The position numbers and the translations under genes are program-made. A DNA stretch of 61,625 bases, the filler included, from Sphacelaria rigidula (Eukaryota): the NCBI GenBank assembly GCA_964200075.2. It is 10 parts of 10 records of this genome, joined end to end, with 100 filler letters (N's around TTAATTAATTAA, not from the genome) between each part and the next. Parts side by side here need not be neighbours in the genome. Positions count along the whole stretch, not along the records: positions 30,866 to 36,937 come from CAXNAA020022423.1; positions 37,038 to 43,109 come from CAXNAA020022424.1; positions 43,210 to 49,281 come from CAXNAA020022425.1; positions 49,382 to 55,453 come from CAXNAA020022426.1; 6 more parts are not named here. One strand, 5' to 3'. The notes under the pieces are model-generated. The model was not told where the DNA came from, did no database searches, and saw only the letters and a list, made by a program, of their open reading frames with translations. How positions within the stretch are numbered: position 1 is the stretch's first letter; each line of letters begins with the position of its first letter. Shown piece after piece: positions 36,701 through 50,121 of this stretch.

Positions 36701-39092
36701 CTTTCTGTTTCTCCAACAGAAAGCTCAGTTGTCTCGCTGGTGTATCTTGTATCTTTGGGTGCTAATTTTTTTCAAGTATTTTAAGGTTGAGTTTATGTTG
36801 CGAAGATTATGTTGACGTTTTTTTTCGTTTGTAGGAGTATGCCACCCATATTGTAAATACGGTGCCTGCAGTTTTCCCCCCTCCTCTTGCTTCTCCCCCC
36901 CCCCCCTATGACGACTATGGCATGCATGATCATGAGTNNNNNNNNNNNNNNNNNNNNNNNNNNNNNNNNNNNNNNNNNNNNTTAATTAATTAANNNNNNN
37001 NNNNNNNNNNNNNNNNNNNNNNNNNNNNNNNNNNNNNCCTCCCGAAACCATAAACTTTTTTGGGGGGGGTATCGTAGAAAGTGTCCACACCTCTGGAAAG
37101 AAGGGAAAGTAAAAAAGCGCCTACTGGTAGTGTGGGCGTCCGAATCGAAAGGGTTGAGTTCAAATAGGCGAGGGGGGGAGGCGGGGGTGGGTATCTGGAT
37201 CCTAGTATTAGGCTGCCAGACGTGGACAGACCTCTGAAATTGAAATTGTCTCACGTATTGAGAGTATGTTGGTTGAATTCTGAGTGAGGATGGACACTGA
37301 TTTCGCGCGATTGGTACGAGTTTACCGCGCGCCAAAAAAATCGAAGTGATCCCGTGATTGAAAGAACAGGAAGAAAACTGTACAGTAAGGCGGACGAGTG
37401 ATGAAGTTTGCGTGCAGACCGCGCTGCACCCCATGCTGGGGTTGTAGGAAGTATTAGTTCACCTGAGCTGTCGCCTGCGTACCTTCGATCATTCCTACAG
37501 GCAATTCAGCTGCTTGCAGAAGCCTTCATACCATGGGCGTTCGCATGTGAGGAGCATATTGTTGAAAAAGTCAAAGGTATTCAAATTTGTCGGGAAAAGT
37601 AGGAAATTGGGTGTAAGACAGTTCAAACTAGGCAACGAAGATAAAACCCCGTAAAATATGAAACATCCGCGATGTGCTTGAGGAACATTTGAGTCCTGTT
37701 TCATTTTTGGACGTGGTTCGCCCAGCAATTTGCGACTTCAGTCGGATCTGCCTGCACCGTTCCAGACATTGTTGATTGGGGAACTCAAGAGAGTAGCCCA
37801 TAGCAGAGTAGCGGCAATGATATGGTAGTGCCGTACTCTTTGGTTGCGGCTGACCTGTTCGACGTCAACGTGTGGTATGGACTTGCGATATGTGAAAAAT
37901 GGACTTGCGATATGTGAAAAAAAAATAATCTCAAAATAGTTGAATTTCGGGCGAGAAAGGTGAGAAACTATCATTTAAGGAATCCCGCTGATGATGCAGG
38001 TGATACTGGTGAGGGCACACGTGCTAGGGCTTTGAGTCTGGACGCCAACTTGTCGTTTCTCAACACCGGGGGCCCACTATACTGCTTTTATCGCGCTTTT
38101 CGCCCACCATTTTGAATATTTCTACAAATCCAAAGAACGGAGAAGAGGGCGGGGGTGCAGGAAGTGAAGAATATCTCACCCCTTGAGAGAAATGATACTT
38201 AATATATGTATTTGTATGAAATATTGCGAGTCCGACCAAGAGTCACACTCGGTGCACGAAAAATGGGAAAGACGCGCTGGAATCCTCTCGGAGGTTGCAG
38301 AAAGTTCTCCCTAGCAGAAACAAGCCGCCAGGCCCCCTTTTCGGCGTCGAATCGCCAAAATAGGCAATTTTAAGACAGGAGGCCCCACAGGGGGTGGTCG
38401 GTTCGATCCAATTCCGTGTATTTGTGTTCATGGTCACGTTGTTTTTGCCCGTGTCCAGTGCCCTAACCGTCGTACTGAGATGTCAAAATAGGATTTGTCC
38501 GTCAACGTCATCATCGTGACCCACCAGCATATAGAATCGACCCAACCGCAGGAATCACCTGAGTAAGAATCTCTGGCTACAGTATTGTCGGATGAAGTAA
38601 GAGATGGGATCTTGCGTGAAGACTGCGGTCTGGTCCGGGACTGTCGACAATTACGTCGTTCCGACGGTGAGGAACCGTAAGAACGCTTTCAGCTCTAACA
38701 TTTGTTCTCAGAATTGCTGAGGGCTTATACAGTGAACAGTTACGTGGCGCCACAGCCGAATATTCTGCCTTCGTGTCGGCGTATATGCAAGATCACGAGC
38801 ATCCTTAGAACTTGTCTCGACAAAAATAAAATCAATCGAGAATCGAAATCGGGAAAATTCGGTGCGATGACTCGCCCGCTGCCCTGAAGCGCGACTACAT
38901 CGTTTTCGGTCACAGGCTCATCTGTCGACTTCATATCCATCCCTGTCATCGACATACGTTGTTCGTATTTCAGGGATGAGACTAGAAAAAGGTCTGCTAG
39001 GAAGGATAAGTGAAGAGCCTGAATCCCAATAATGATCTATTCCTAGTGAACCGACTGTCTATGAAGGTATCATCTCACAAGAGCACTCTTGA

Positions 39093-42010
39093 ATGATTCG
39101 TATGCTGATCGTCTTCTTCGCCCGGCGCGATTACGCTCGACTATACTGTCTGCGCCAGTCAAGCGGCGATGAAGAGCTGATCTCCCTCTGCAGCAAACGG
39201 ATACACGATCACGTTCAGCGGGAAGGGGTCGCGCGTTTGATTCCAGGATGTTCGAAAGCACAAGAGGTGTATCATGGACTGCATGGACAACCGCCGGTCA
39301 CGCCTGAGCAGAAAAGACATCTGGTGCGTTTTCACATTGGTGCTGCTGGTCTGATACATGGTATTAAAAATACGGTGATACGACGCTGGCTGTAGTACTT
39401 GAGTTCCCAAGCGGTTGAGCTGGTCCTCCCGCCTCGAGAAGAAATGGTGCAGCGCGCAACACCTGACGGTACGTGATGGCAGTGGGGCTTCAGGGTGTGC
39501 ATCTCAACTGGTGTAGCACTTGTTCACGGCTGGTGCCGGACGGCTCCAGACATCAAACAATCCAAACATTCCAAATATTCCAAACATTCCAAACATGATG
39601 GAGACGCAAGCAACGAACACCAACTCCGGTTGATTTTGATGATGTGCTGCGTGTTCGCGCCTCCAAAGGTGGAGCGAATGGCTGTTTGCGACGGTCCACT
39701 TGCGTGTCATATGCTGCAGAGATCCCTTGAGCGGTACGTGTCGACGTGTGTGGGTGGTCCACCCGAAAAACAAACAACGGAGCTCAAGGGGTGGTTGATG
39801 CCGGTGATTGCGGTGATCGTCGACTGCTTAGAGCAAGGTATATTACTGGGACAGTGCTTGTTTCGTTGCAGTCAAAGCGTCCTCGCCGTAATCTTCGCTC
39901 CATATAGCAGTTGAATGATCTGGCGTGATCAAGATTACCCGCACGGCTTCTATTTCAGCCTTTCCCGCTTGCACGTCCGGATTCTTCAATAGAAAATGCC
40001 ACGTAGCCCGATGGCTACAGAACCCTTTTGTCGCTGAGCATTTCGAACATCGCGTGCGAGAGGTTTGAGACGGAGCAGCACCCAAGACCGCACACAAGCT
40101 CCTTGGGTCAAATCGCCGTAACTTTAAGCGTTCCCAGTCCTTCACCTGCTTAACCCATGCAATTACGGCGACCAGTATGTGGTGTACCGCAACTGCCAAC
40201 CATCTGTGTACTCTACTGCGGCGTGTGTTAATACTCAATACATATGATTCTCAAAGCAGTTCGGGAGAAGACAGTGGCAACACTGACGACCACACGGAGG
40301 CTTCGGTGCGCCACATTTCTCCTGCAGCTTTGCAGCACCATTCTCAAGACTGGAAGGGGATCATCACACCCAGAACGCGCGGAGCAGCCGTCAAACCCGT
40401 CTCGCACGTCAACAGGAGACACCGCTTCGGAAGGGAATCACCGCGGGGCCAGCGCTGATAACAATTGTGAGGATGGATATATGCCGGTGGCAGACGCTTG
40501 CGCCGAACTCGCATCGGAGTGCTTGAGCGGCATTGTGGAGAACGCAAGCGAGATTATGCGCAAATATCGCTTGGACGCGACGGGTGGTGAAGTTTCAGCA
40601 GAAACTTGTGGCCGGGTGGATATCATGTTTTGGGTCCTGTCCCTTGCGTCTGACGTGGTAAAGCATTTTGCTAGGCGAAGATGGACATGCGAAGGGGGTA
40701 CAAGACGCGTATTTCCCGAACGTGAAGCGAGACTTGGAAACAAGACGGTATTAGGAATATCTGCGTCTCAGGTTACCCGAATAATTGATGATGCGAGGCA
40801 TACCAAGGTTCCGATTGGGAATGAAGCTTCGTCTGAGATTAGATATTGCTTGAATATTTTGGACATATCAAGCCTGGTGAGGGTGATGATAGCAGTTCCT
40901 ATCGATACCGGATCGCACATGATGGATGTTGCGCTGAAGTGGCTGGAGGTGGCCCAGGTATGTACAGTAAGTACTCAACAGTGCAGTCTATGCGACAGTA
41001 GGTTTTATATTGATACGCGTTCCGCGTTACATCAATACCAACTCTCACACACTCCTGTTTAGTCGTGAGTACTACTCTAGGCAGAGGCGAAAATGAAGCA
41101 AGTCAACTCCACTCTGAACAGAGTATTGCTTCGTTTGATTTGTTCTCAAGATTCTGAGGGTTAGCCGTGACTTGCTGAACGCCCAACATGGAAGGCCACG
41201 TGTCTGATCCATGATTCATGCTGCTATTTCCCATGCTTTGCGATGTGCTGACAAGAGGACGAGAGCGTGAATATGTCGAGAAATCGTGTGGAACTGATTT
41301 CGCGCCCGGTCGAGGTCACAAACGCACCTTGCACTAAATTTGCCTCCCGCTCGAAATACTTGAAAATCTAGAAGTCTCAGCCAGGGTGATAGCACAAGCA
41401 TACGTTCTCAGCAGCAGGTTCGAATTTCAACTCATCTGCTCTCTCCGCGTTTGCCATGTAATTGCTGCCCTACAATGAACAGCTGCTTGCAGATGCGGCC
41501 GAAGCGATGGCGTCACACTCAAATTTGGAAATCCTATTCGGTGCAGTCCCCGCCAGCTTATGGCAAATGTCCGGTCCTAGTCGATCTCTGCTACCCGCGG
41601 AGCACCCGACCATGTCCCCCGGAGCGGCGCTTATAGACCCAGACGGGGCAAGCGGTCCACTGTCTCAAGCGATGCTGCGTTTGGTGTTTTGGATGATCCA
41701 GTTGCATAGCGAAGGGCGATTCCTTGTACCTCGACAGGGAGTCGACGGGGGGTCGATCGACCCGGGAAACGACAAAGCGGATGGTATTGGTCGTGCCGCC
41801 GGAAGAGGGCTATTGAGCAAGGAGATAGCGGTTCCGTGGCAGTCGGCGGTGGAAGCCCTCGCGGCTACTTGCGACGCTAGTTGCTTGGATGAACTGAAAA
41901 CGACCGGCAACTTTGACGAGCGCTTAACGCACGTATTTTGTGATCAGGACGATGCGCTCGTGGATATGTTGCTCACCAATCTTCGCATCTACCAGAATGT
42001 ATATCCCCAG
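39093..42010 (+). CDS. Probable Lines/LINS1-family protein, 5' part; exons 39093-39323, 39669-39837, 40257-40957, 41483-42010
   Basis: Four exons with consistent phases (0, 1, 0) and canonical splice sites give a helical protein ending HVFCDQDDALVDMLLTNLRIY, which resembles the F-x-(D/E)QDD motif of the LINES_N domain. The gene is well supported; the family and the start codon are less certain. Confidence 0.7.
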
Positions 42011-42659
42011 GTGAGCCCCCGACCTGTGCGCTCATTAATCGCCACTTAAAAAGCGGGGTGGCCAAGAAAACGGTGTGTTGGATGACCATATGCGTTGGAC
42101 GGCACCGAGTCAGGGCAAGCTGAGCGCAATCTAGTGACCGGCTATTATAGTTGAGGCGGTCACCACACAGCCACCCAGCTTGGAAAATCCGCTGAGATGA
42201 TGTCAAACTCGCGTGTTTGTTTTGTTCACTTTTTTTCCACTTGTGGAGTCTTGGTATGGAGTCTTGTGAAATTTTCCCGTGAAAACATAACACCGAATTT
42301 TCTCAAAGTCTCTGAGCGTATAATATAACTCTCGAGGCGAGGAGTAGAACGGGAGGTATTATTTCGTGCATTATCGTCGTGAAAACAAAACTCACACCCG
42401 GCTCTCTAAAACCCTACTTTTATTTCTGTGTTTTTGTAGAGCGATGTGGTGCATCTGCCAAGATGGCCACGCTGAGCTCAACTTTTCCCAGTTTGGACCT
42501 GAAGTTTCGGCACGTGGTTCAAAAGGAACTCCCCACACACAACAAAGGTAGTGAAAAATACAAATTCCTGGACCTTGACACCATTTGTTTGCATTCCGGC
42601 GCTTAAGGGGGGGATGTACCAAATCCTATACAAAACTACTCACTCAATGAAACTCCGAT

Positions 42660-43020
42660 TCTAAACGAATTACTTAATCTCAGATCAGCTGACACAGTTT
42701 ACTTGAAGTGAGTTTATGTGAACCACATCGCTTGATCGTAGAATAACTGAGGCAAGTCACTTGATCTGAGTATTGGTGAGACGAGGCACTCGTGTTTAGA
42801 CTAGCTCAGACGAGCTGCTTGAACTGAGAATAGGTCAACCATGTCACTTGATGTTAGTCTAGCTGAGAACTCGATCTTAAAGTAGGAAGAAAAGTTACTT
42901 GAACTCAGTGCAGGTGATCACGTCACTTGGTTTCAGACTAGCTGAGAAAAGCTGTTTGATCTGAGTATAGGGGAGCCGAGTCACTTGATGTTAGAATAAC
43001 TGAGTGAGGTTACTTGATCG
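42660..43020. repeat. Degenerate ~29-bp minisatellite with alternating units (TCACTTGA...CTGAG)
   Basis: Recurrent (T/C)ACTTGA and AGCTGAG/ACTGAG motifs. Confidence 0.7.
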
Positions 43021-44026
43021 TACAGGTTGATAACGATCGGGAGTGGTCAAGGGGGGGGTGGGGGGGTGCGTACTCATTTGTTGCTTGCCCTCGTCGTTCG
43101 ACCATTAACNNNNNNNNNNNNNNNNNNNNNNNNNNNNNNNNNNNNNNNNNNNNTTAATTAATTAANNNNNNNNNNNNNNNNNNNNNNNNNNNNNNNNNNN
43201 NNNNNNNNNCGTAGAAAGGGGCCTCCGGACCTGAGTACGCCCCCTTCCCCCCTCTTCCCCCCCCCCCCCCCCCCTCCCATGGTCAGACGACTAAGGCAAG
43301 CAACAAATGAGTACGCCCCCCCCCCTCCCCCCTCCCGCTCCCGTGCACCGCGCGCCTTTCAGATATGGGAAATAATTCAGCCCTGCGATTCTAAGGGACA
43401 ATACTTTATGGAACCATCCTTGGCGGGGCAACCGCCGCCCTTCCATCCAGAGGCGGAAGATACACGAGAGATGTACGTGCCTCGCTCGCGAAGGAGTTAG
43501 GCGGTAGTGCTCTCTACATTGTCCGTCTGACATTGACGTGTGCACCATTTCTCAGTCCACTTCTACGAGAGCAACGCCCCCCGAAAATTTGCAGTTTTGT
43601 AATCTTCTTTGCCGCCAACAACCCGACTGCCCCTTTTTATGATGACCATTCCCGGTACCTCTCTGTCCAATATTCTCAGTATTTCGGAAGGAGCAACCTC
43701 AGCACCTGATCGTCAAAGACTTTTTTTTTCAAGTTTAATAGTTACAAAATATCTTGGCTTGCGAATTGCCGGCACCACCTCGCCTGCCGCCGCGTTGACT
43801 GCTGCAGGATAAAGATGAGGATAAAAGAGAACGTATGCTAAATCCAAGGCCATGGACGTGATTGGCTTAACGCACGGTGTAACCAGATTGTCGGTCGACC
43901 TGCAAGCTGCTGCTGTCGCATCTATCGGATCCGCGGAGCAAATGTCTCACATAATATCTGCAGTTTGTACTTGGCCGCTCCGCCTAACCGCTTGCCATAT
44001 TTTCCTTCCACATCATCATAACACAG

Positions 44027-47000
44027 GTTGCGATTGCAAATAACACATTGCACGGGTCTCGCCAAGGCAGACCAGTTCGGACTATCAGATCCGGTGTGCA
44101 CCGTGACATGGCAGGGGCATGAAGTGGGCAGAACTCCAACACTCTATCACACCGTCCGTCCAGAGTGGAAGTCATGCTTTTTCGATCTGCCCCTATGCAC
44201 ACGGGACAGCTCAGGTACGTAGCACTACAGTATCACTAGGTGAGCCGTCAAACCGCAGGGGAGATCGCCAAAATGTACGCGACGGTTATTCAGACATAGG
44301 CACACCGAATATTGTTCCACGTTCGCCTCCTCTCTTCAATTTGCATGATCCTAGGGGAATTTGAATCCCGACATGCACCGCATTGTACTTCGGGTGGCAA
44401 TAACCCTGTCGCAGGAGTCGGTGGTGCAGTGAGCGCAGGTATAGAAGTAGAGTCGAGGGGATTTGTGTCGCAGACTGGCGGGAAGACTTTGGGAAATAGT
44501 GACATGCCGGAGAGGATGGAGCTGGTGCTGCGAGTGTGGAATGAGGACAAAGGGCGGCCGTCGCACTTCTTGGGGGAACTGATGCTGACGGGAGATGCGC
44601 TGTTGGAAATGGCAACGGGAGCACAGAACATGGTACGTGAGGCTCACGTGGTCGATCGGTTGATCGATTGTGGGCCGATTCACTGTACCCGCTTTGGAAC
44701 TCGTCGTGGTCATCGGGTAGGCGTACCCTAGGTGAATAGCCGGAGGCGCACACGAGTAAGAGGGGTCAAGGACACAGGGCGGATAATGGGGAAAGAGGAC
44801 AACAGCTTAGGCTGACAGATACTCCCGGGTAAGAACTAGTAGCGGCCCCGAGAATATCGACGACAAAACACCTGCCAAAGCTTCAGCTAAAGAGACCGTA
44901 CGAAAGGCGAGGCCGTGGAGGCAGCGTTCTTTTTCTTTCTTGTCGTACGTCGAATCCCTCCTCTTCCTCGGGACGACTTCGTCGCCTCAAGGGATCAATC
45001 AACCCATCTCTCCCCGGTAGGCTGCGACTTACTTGTTTGGAGACCACTTAATCACGCAGAAGTTCTCAGTTACTAGCTGTTCATAAAGAGGGTACGAGTA
45101 GTACAATGTTAGATCCAGAAAAATACGCTTGACGAAGAAGAGGGGAAAGAGCAGGAAAAAAGCAGCGAAAAACCCTCCCGGAACATTGGAAAAAAGGGGA
45201 ATATATAAACATACATATACAGAAAATATGTAAAAAAGAGTAGAAAGAGAGGAATTCCAGGCAGAGAGCTGAACATGAATACGGAGTATGGGTAATATGT
45301 TTTATTTGCAAGATGATCTCGATCTGCGGGTGTGTTATTGACCAAGGCTTCGACGCCGTTTTCTACATTCCTTGTTATTTGTTCGGATATACGTATGAAA
45401 CACGACGCCCGTTGCATCGCTGCTTCGTTCATGACCAGCCTCAGAAATCCTTGACTTCAATCGACTGTTCGGGTGTAATGCAGTCAAGGGAAATTTGGCC
45501 GAGTGCCTTGTGCTACCAAGTGTTTCGGTCTCCCGCAGGACAGCGTGATCAACTGCAGAGGCAAGGCGGTCCCACACAGAGTCACATCCCTCCTCTCGTG
45601 TACCTCTCTTTTCTCCGATAGCCGCCCGCCCGAGAGCTGAAATGTCGTCAACGCGCGCGTGAATCCTCGCTGGTTGGCAGGAACTTCCTCTGAGGGCGAA
45701 GCATGATGGTAGCCTGACAGCTAACGAGCTGAAACTTGTTCAGGGCAACATGGGGTTGAGGATATCACCAGCTACTGACGGGGCGTTGTGTGTTCTGCAG
45801 GATTCAGAGGACGCTAGAAAGATTTTCCTCGAGGTGCTGTAGAACATACGGAGAGTCTGCTTGGGAGCGTGCTGACATTTACAGTTTTCACAAGGTAGCA
45901 AACATCGTCTAAAGGAACGCACTACCAAAGGGAAAAAGGGTATCCCCAGAGGCAAGAATTTACCCTCGGTAGCAACGTGTACAATCTACCACAACAACAA
46001 AACTTTGGAATTCACGGCGCGAGTGTGCTTGCGATCACCATGGATGACGGCTTCCGGCGTTGTCCCGAACGATACACGTTCTTGAACGGTGAAGCGGGGG
46101 TACATCCGCCATCACTGTACTTCATGACCGACAGAGCAGAGGACTATACTGCGCGTCGAGATTCCGGGGTAAGTCTTACCTCTATGGAACTCCACAAAAA
46201 ACGATGCTTGACCAGGCATCGCTGGTGACTGAAACAGTTGTACGTTCTCGTCCACCAACCTAGCGTCCCCAGCACCCGCCTGTCCTCGTTTTTCCTGCTT
46301 GATACCTAGCCATGTGTCTTGAACTACTCTTCTCGGCTAGCTGTAGGTATCTCCAGACCTCTCTCCCCCCTCCCCTCAACATAGCATAGATCGAAGAGCC
46401 ACCGTGACACAGGGCGTCGTAGTGGTCGAAACCTACTATTGTGCAAAATCGTGCATTTACCGTGCGCAAAAACGACACAGAAGGAAGCAAAGTTGCTCCT
46501 CAGCCTCGCCGCCCCCAGCCACCACCATGGCGCGAATCCTCGCTTATTGACGCGATAACAACGTATTGCTCGCTAACAATATCCTGTCGATCAGGTCATC
46601 GTGTTGGAGGGTCGATGCCTTGACCTGGGGAAAGACGGCCGGCCGTTCGCCGTCGTCCACCTAGACGACTTCATCGTCGGCAAAACTCCGGTATGATATG
46701 ACATCTCTTCCTCCCGAGGCAGTACTACCTTCTCATGCGAGTGCTGTGAGGACAATGATTGCGCCGTGTGAAAGAGCGAGCACGTTTCGTGGACTAAGCG
46801 GTCGTGACATGGGCTGTTTGTTTCTTGGCCGCTCCGGCGATCAGCACAGATTCCCATTTTCAAGCGTAGTGTCTGAAGCAAAAGCCAAAGCTACACTTCA
46901 TTATATCTACCAAAGAGGTTTTGGCTTGTCGTGGCCGGCAAATTTTCGGCGCACTACTGTAGGTTGCCCAAAGTTCCTTGAGGGCATTCGACGATTCCAC

Positions 47001-47241
47001 ACCAAATGCCCCCACCCCTTTCCGCCGAACTTATTGCTCTGTCTTGCTGACCGCCGTGCCATTTCTGGTTTTTGTCACGGTACAGGCGATGCCCAACGGG
47101 GTCGATCCTGTCTGGATGGAAACAATCCACGTCGAGATTGAGGTTGATCGTCTCCGACAGCCGGCGGAGTTACAGGGCTCGCTGCCAACGGCGTTTTCCA
47201 TCACCGTTTGGAATCGAGTTGACGGCAGTAACGCGCAAGAG
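44027..47241 (+). CDS. Multi-C2-domain protein, internal fragment; exons 44027-44214, 44355-44632, 45801-45833, 46595-46690, 47086-47241
   Basis: First C2: LRLQITHCTGLAKADQFGLSDPVCTV...GRTPTLYHTVRPEW...LVLRVWNEDKGRPSHFLGEL. Second C2: RKIFLE|VIVLEGRCLD...PFAVVHLDDFIVGKTP|AMPNGVDPVWMET...SITVWNR. Splice sites are canonical; further small exons between 44633 and 45800 are possible. Confidence 0.85.
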
Positions 47242-48802
47242 GTATCTTTCAGTACAGTAGCACCAATCCTTGCGGACTGCACGGGTGATTGACTTGTTCA
47301 GAGTAGTATACTTGTTCGCGTGACAAATAACGTGTTAGTACGTGGGTTGAATCGGTCGCGGACGGAGGTTCTCGCCAGGTGTACCCGCTCATGGTATTAT
47401 TACCATTCACCGCGGGGCGGTGCCCTGGCACTCAACTGGGTCGTGGGTATGGATCTGAGCAACGCGCTATGGACCACTACTAGTCAAGTAACTAACGTGA
47501 AATCGAACGTACCACAGCATAGGTTGCTCGCGCTTGACACCACTACATCGTGGAGAAAAAAGGAAAATGGCATGCAGTTGTCAAATTGGCCGGTTGAAAG
47601 CTGAGAGAACCTCACTGACCAGCATTCTTTTCTCAGTAGTGGACCCTCCGAGATCGGTAGTGTACGCTTTGGCTACTAAATCCCCCGGCATTTCCCAAAC
47701 AGACGTTAGGGCAAAAAGCGGAAAAATACACCGCGCGACGTCACCCATGTCGCAAGATCCCTCCGCTCCAAAGGGTCGTGGGTGAGGTTAGCCGTTAACC
47801 AAGGAATATTGGCCAATCAGATTTTCTGCCAATCTCGAAACTGCGTGCCGCTTATCCCTTACTCCGTTGGTCGCTTACTCTCCTCCTCCTTGTTGCGGTG
47901 CGGCTGCGACTGCTTTTTCATCTATGAAAACAGGGGGTCTTTGTCGGCCAAGTAAGTATGTCGCTTTCAGATCTTGTATCTGGCGCTAGGACCGCACCGG
48001 CCGGCGGTACAAGCTCTGGCGAGGGCGCTAAACGCGAACTACCACTGGTCGACGCCAACGGTGAGAGTGATTAGCACATCGTGCGATAGACCGGTGAGGG
48101 GTCGAGATCTATTTCTGGGGTTGTCTATTGGTAGGATTCAACGATATTGTATATATATATATATATTTATATCGGCAGATCGGCGCAGCTGATATGTCCA
48201 TATTATCGCAACGATGGGAGACTATCGGTGATTGCGTAGTCAAACGCCAAGCGAGCCCGGGACAGGGCTCCCCCCCCCCGACTGGTGAGGGGCCTTGGTT
48301 GGAAGCGCCACCGAGGGAAGAAGGAAAATTCGCCGTTTGGTGTTATTTTCCTTAAAAATCAGGTGCAGAACACCCGAGAAACAGTCGTCCAGCAGCAACC
48401 ACGCCGACATATCTAACGAGACGAAACACTTGAGCGATGCAAAACAACCTCGGCCAGAGCAGGACCATACAAGCTGGGCCGGCCAAGACGCTGTCAATCC
48501 GTCAGACGGCCATAACTCTGCTTCTGCTACGTTGTAGGTCAATCCGAAACCACCGCTGAAATTGGGGAAGTCACACCTAGAAGCTACAGCTCTCCAAATC
48601 CTGTATAGAGCACGTTCTGCACTTGAAGAGTCATCGGCCAATCACAGCGCGTCATAGCGCGGCGCGATTGAGGCATGAAACGGTCATTCTCGTGAAATTC
48701 CTGAAAAAAATGCGGCGCAATTGTAGAAAGTGACAGTCACGAACGGCAGCATCAGCAGCACCGCGGTGTCTCCCCTGCAAGAGCTCGTTGCTGACCTCGC
48801 GT

Positions 48803-49111
48803 ATGCCAGGCGCTATGCGTTGGGTGAAGACCACGGTTCCTAAGTTTGTCCACGACAAGCGTAGAGGAGAGTGGCGGCTCAAGCTGCATTACACGCGAAG
48901 TATGAAGAAGTCGACTCGTGTGGTGTACTCCGAAAAATTCAAGACACGAGAAGAGGCCGATGCCGCCATAGGTTGGTGGAGACTGAGCTGGGTGGAAGGC
49001 CACAACGGGGAGAAGATCGACCCGCCCACGGACCCGGATGGAGTCTCCAGCCTGGCTGCTGCAGACCTTGCGGCTGTAGACCTTCCTCCAGGCGAGTTCA
49101 GCTACAAGTAG
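48803..49111 (+). CDS. Short ORF or exon with an AP2/integrase arm-binding-like DNA-binding signature
   Basis: FVHDKRRGEWRLKLHYTRSMKKSTRVVYSEKFKTREEADAAI fits the three-strand-plus-helix pattern (W...F-x-T-x-E-E-A). GC-rich coding-like composition. Confidence 0.45.
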   Translation: MPGAMRWVKTTVPKFVHDKRRGEWRLKLHYTRSMKKSTRVVYSEKFKTREEADAAIGWWRLSWVEGHNGEKIDPPTDPDGVSSLAAADLAAVDLPPGEFSYK

Positions 49112-49713
49112 ACGCACGATTGCCTCTCGTTTACCAAAAAAATTGAATTCGACACACCGCAAAATTTCAAATTTCTAACAGCTTGTATCCACGAGACACT
49201 CGTGTCCATGGTGTGTACATGCACTACATTGTACATGCACTACATGCTCCCCAACACGTTTTTACACTACGGTTGCTGCCANNNNNNNNNNNNNNNNNNN
49301 NNNNNNNNNNNNNNNNNNNNNNNNNTTAATTAATTAANNNNNNNNNNNNNNNNNNNNNNNNNNNNNNNNNNNNNNNNNNNNCTAGCTCTCTTTTGGGTCG
49401 TAAAACGACGTGAAAGCTCCAAAAAGACACTTTTCCGGGTTTTTATTGTTGTCTATTATAAGAAGCGGCCTAAGGGTACCAATATATTACACCGGCAAGA
49501 CATCGCAAAATTCCAATATGATCGACTATTATATATTGAAAACATTTTGTAGTGTCCAGAGTGTGAAAACGTTCAAATTCACCCGCCCCCCCTCCCCCCG
49601 CCGCCCCCCGCCCCCTGGCATCCAAAATTCAATAGTAGTCCCCTGGTCCAGACAGTACAAAGCAGATAGTTCCCGGGCAGAAACCACTGTGTTGCCACGT
49701 ATCTACTGCACCA

Positions 49714-50121
49714 TCAGGCGGTGATATCATAAGACAGCCTGTACCGCTGAAGTTGAGTAACAAACATTACGGGGATGATACTGACCGCGCGGCGCATGCT
49801 CCCGCGCACGCCCCTTGCCCGTGGGTACCACAGTAGTCTCACCTCGCTCTCGTCAGCTAGAGCGCCCATTTTCAGCGCCGCAAATAGACCATCCAACGAG
49901 TCAAGTGCAGCACTGGGTACGCGGATAGGGAACGGGGCCACAGCAAACCCTTGACTATGGCCATGCCCAAGGCGACTGGGACATATAACATTGACAGTCA
50001 GCGTTTCCAGAGTTTGCTTGGGAGCGGCAGCAGCTGCTAGAGGGGGGTGTAATACAGATAGTGCTCCTGCAACCGCAGCAGCGGAAGGCGGGACATCTTT
50101 CGCCTCAGTATTATTGAACAT
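49714..50121 (-). CDS. Unassigned ORF (135 aa), possibly an exon or decayed transposon-coded fragment
   Basis: ATG-initiated frame with plausible amino-acid composition but no recognised motif. Confidence 0.2.
   Translation of the reverse strand: MFNNTEAKDVPPSAAAVAGALSVLHPPLAAAAAPKQTLETLTVNVICPSRLGHGHSQGFAVAPFPIRVPSAALDSLDGLFAALKMGALADESEVRLLWYPRARGVRGSMRRAVSIIPVMFVTQLQRYRLSYDITA

Noticed and set aside
37400..38955. Possible divergent minus-strand gene upstream of the Lines-like gene
   Set aside because: Candidate acceptors exist (37857, ~38560) but I could not build a phase-consistent exon chain or recognise a motif.
106..47241. Functional cluster of UBR ligase, transporter, Lines-like and C2 genes
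   Set aside because: The genes lie on different concatenated contigs, so their adjacency is artificial.
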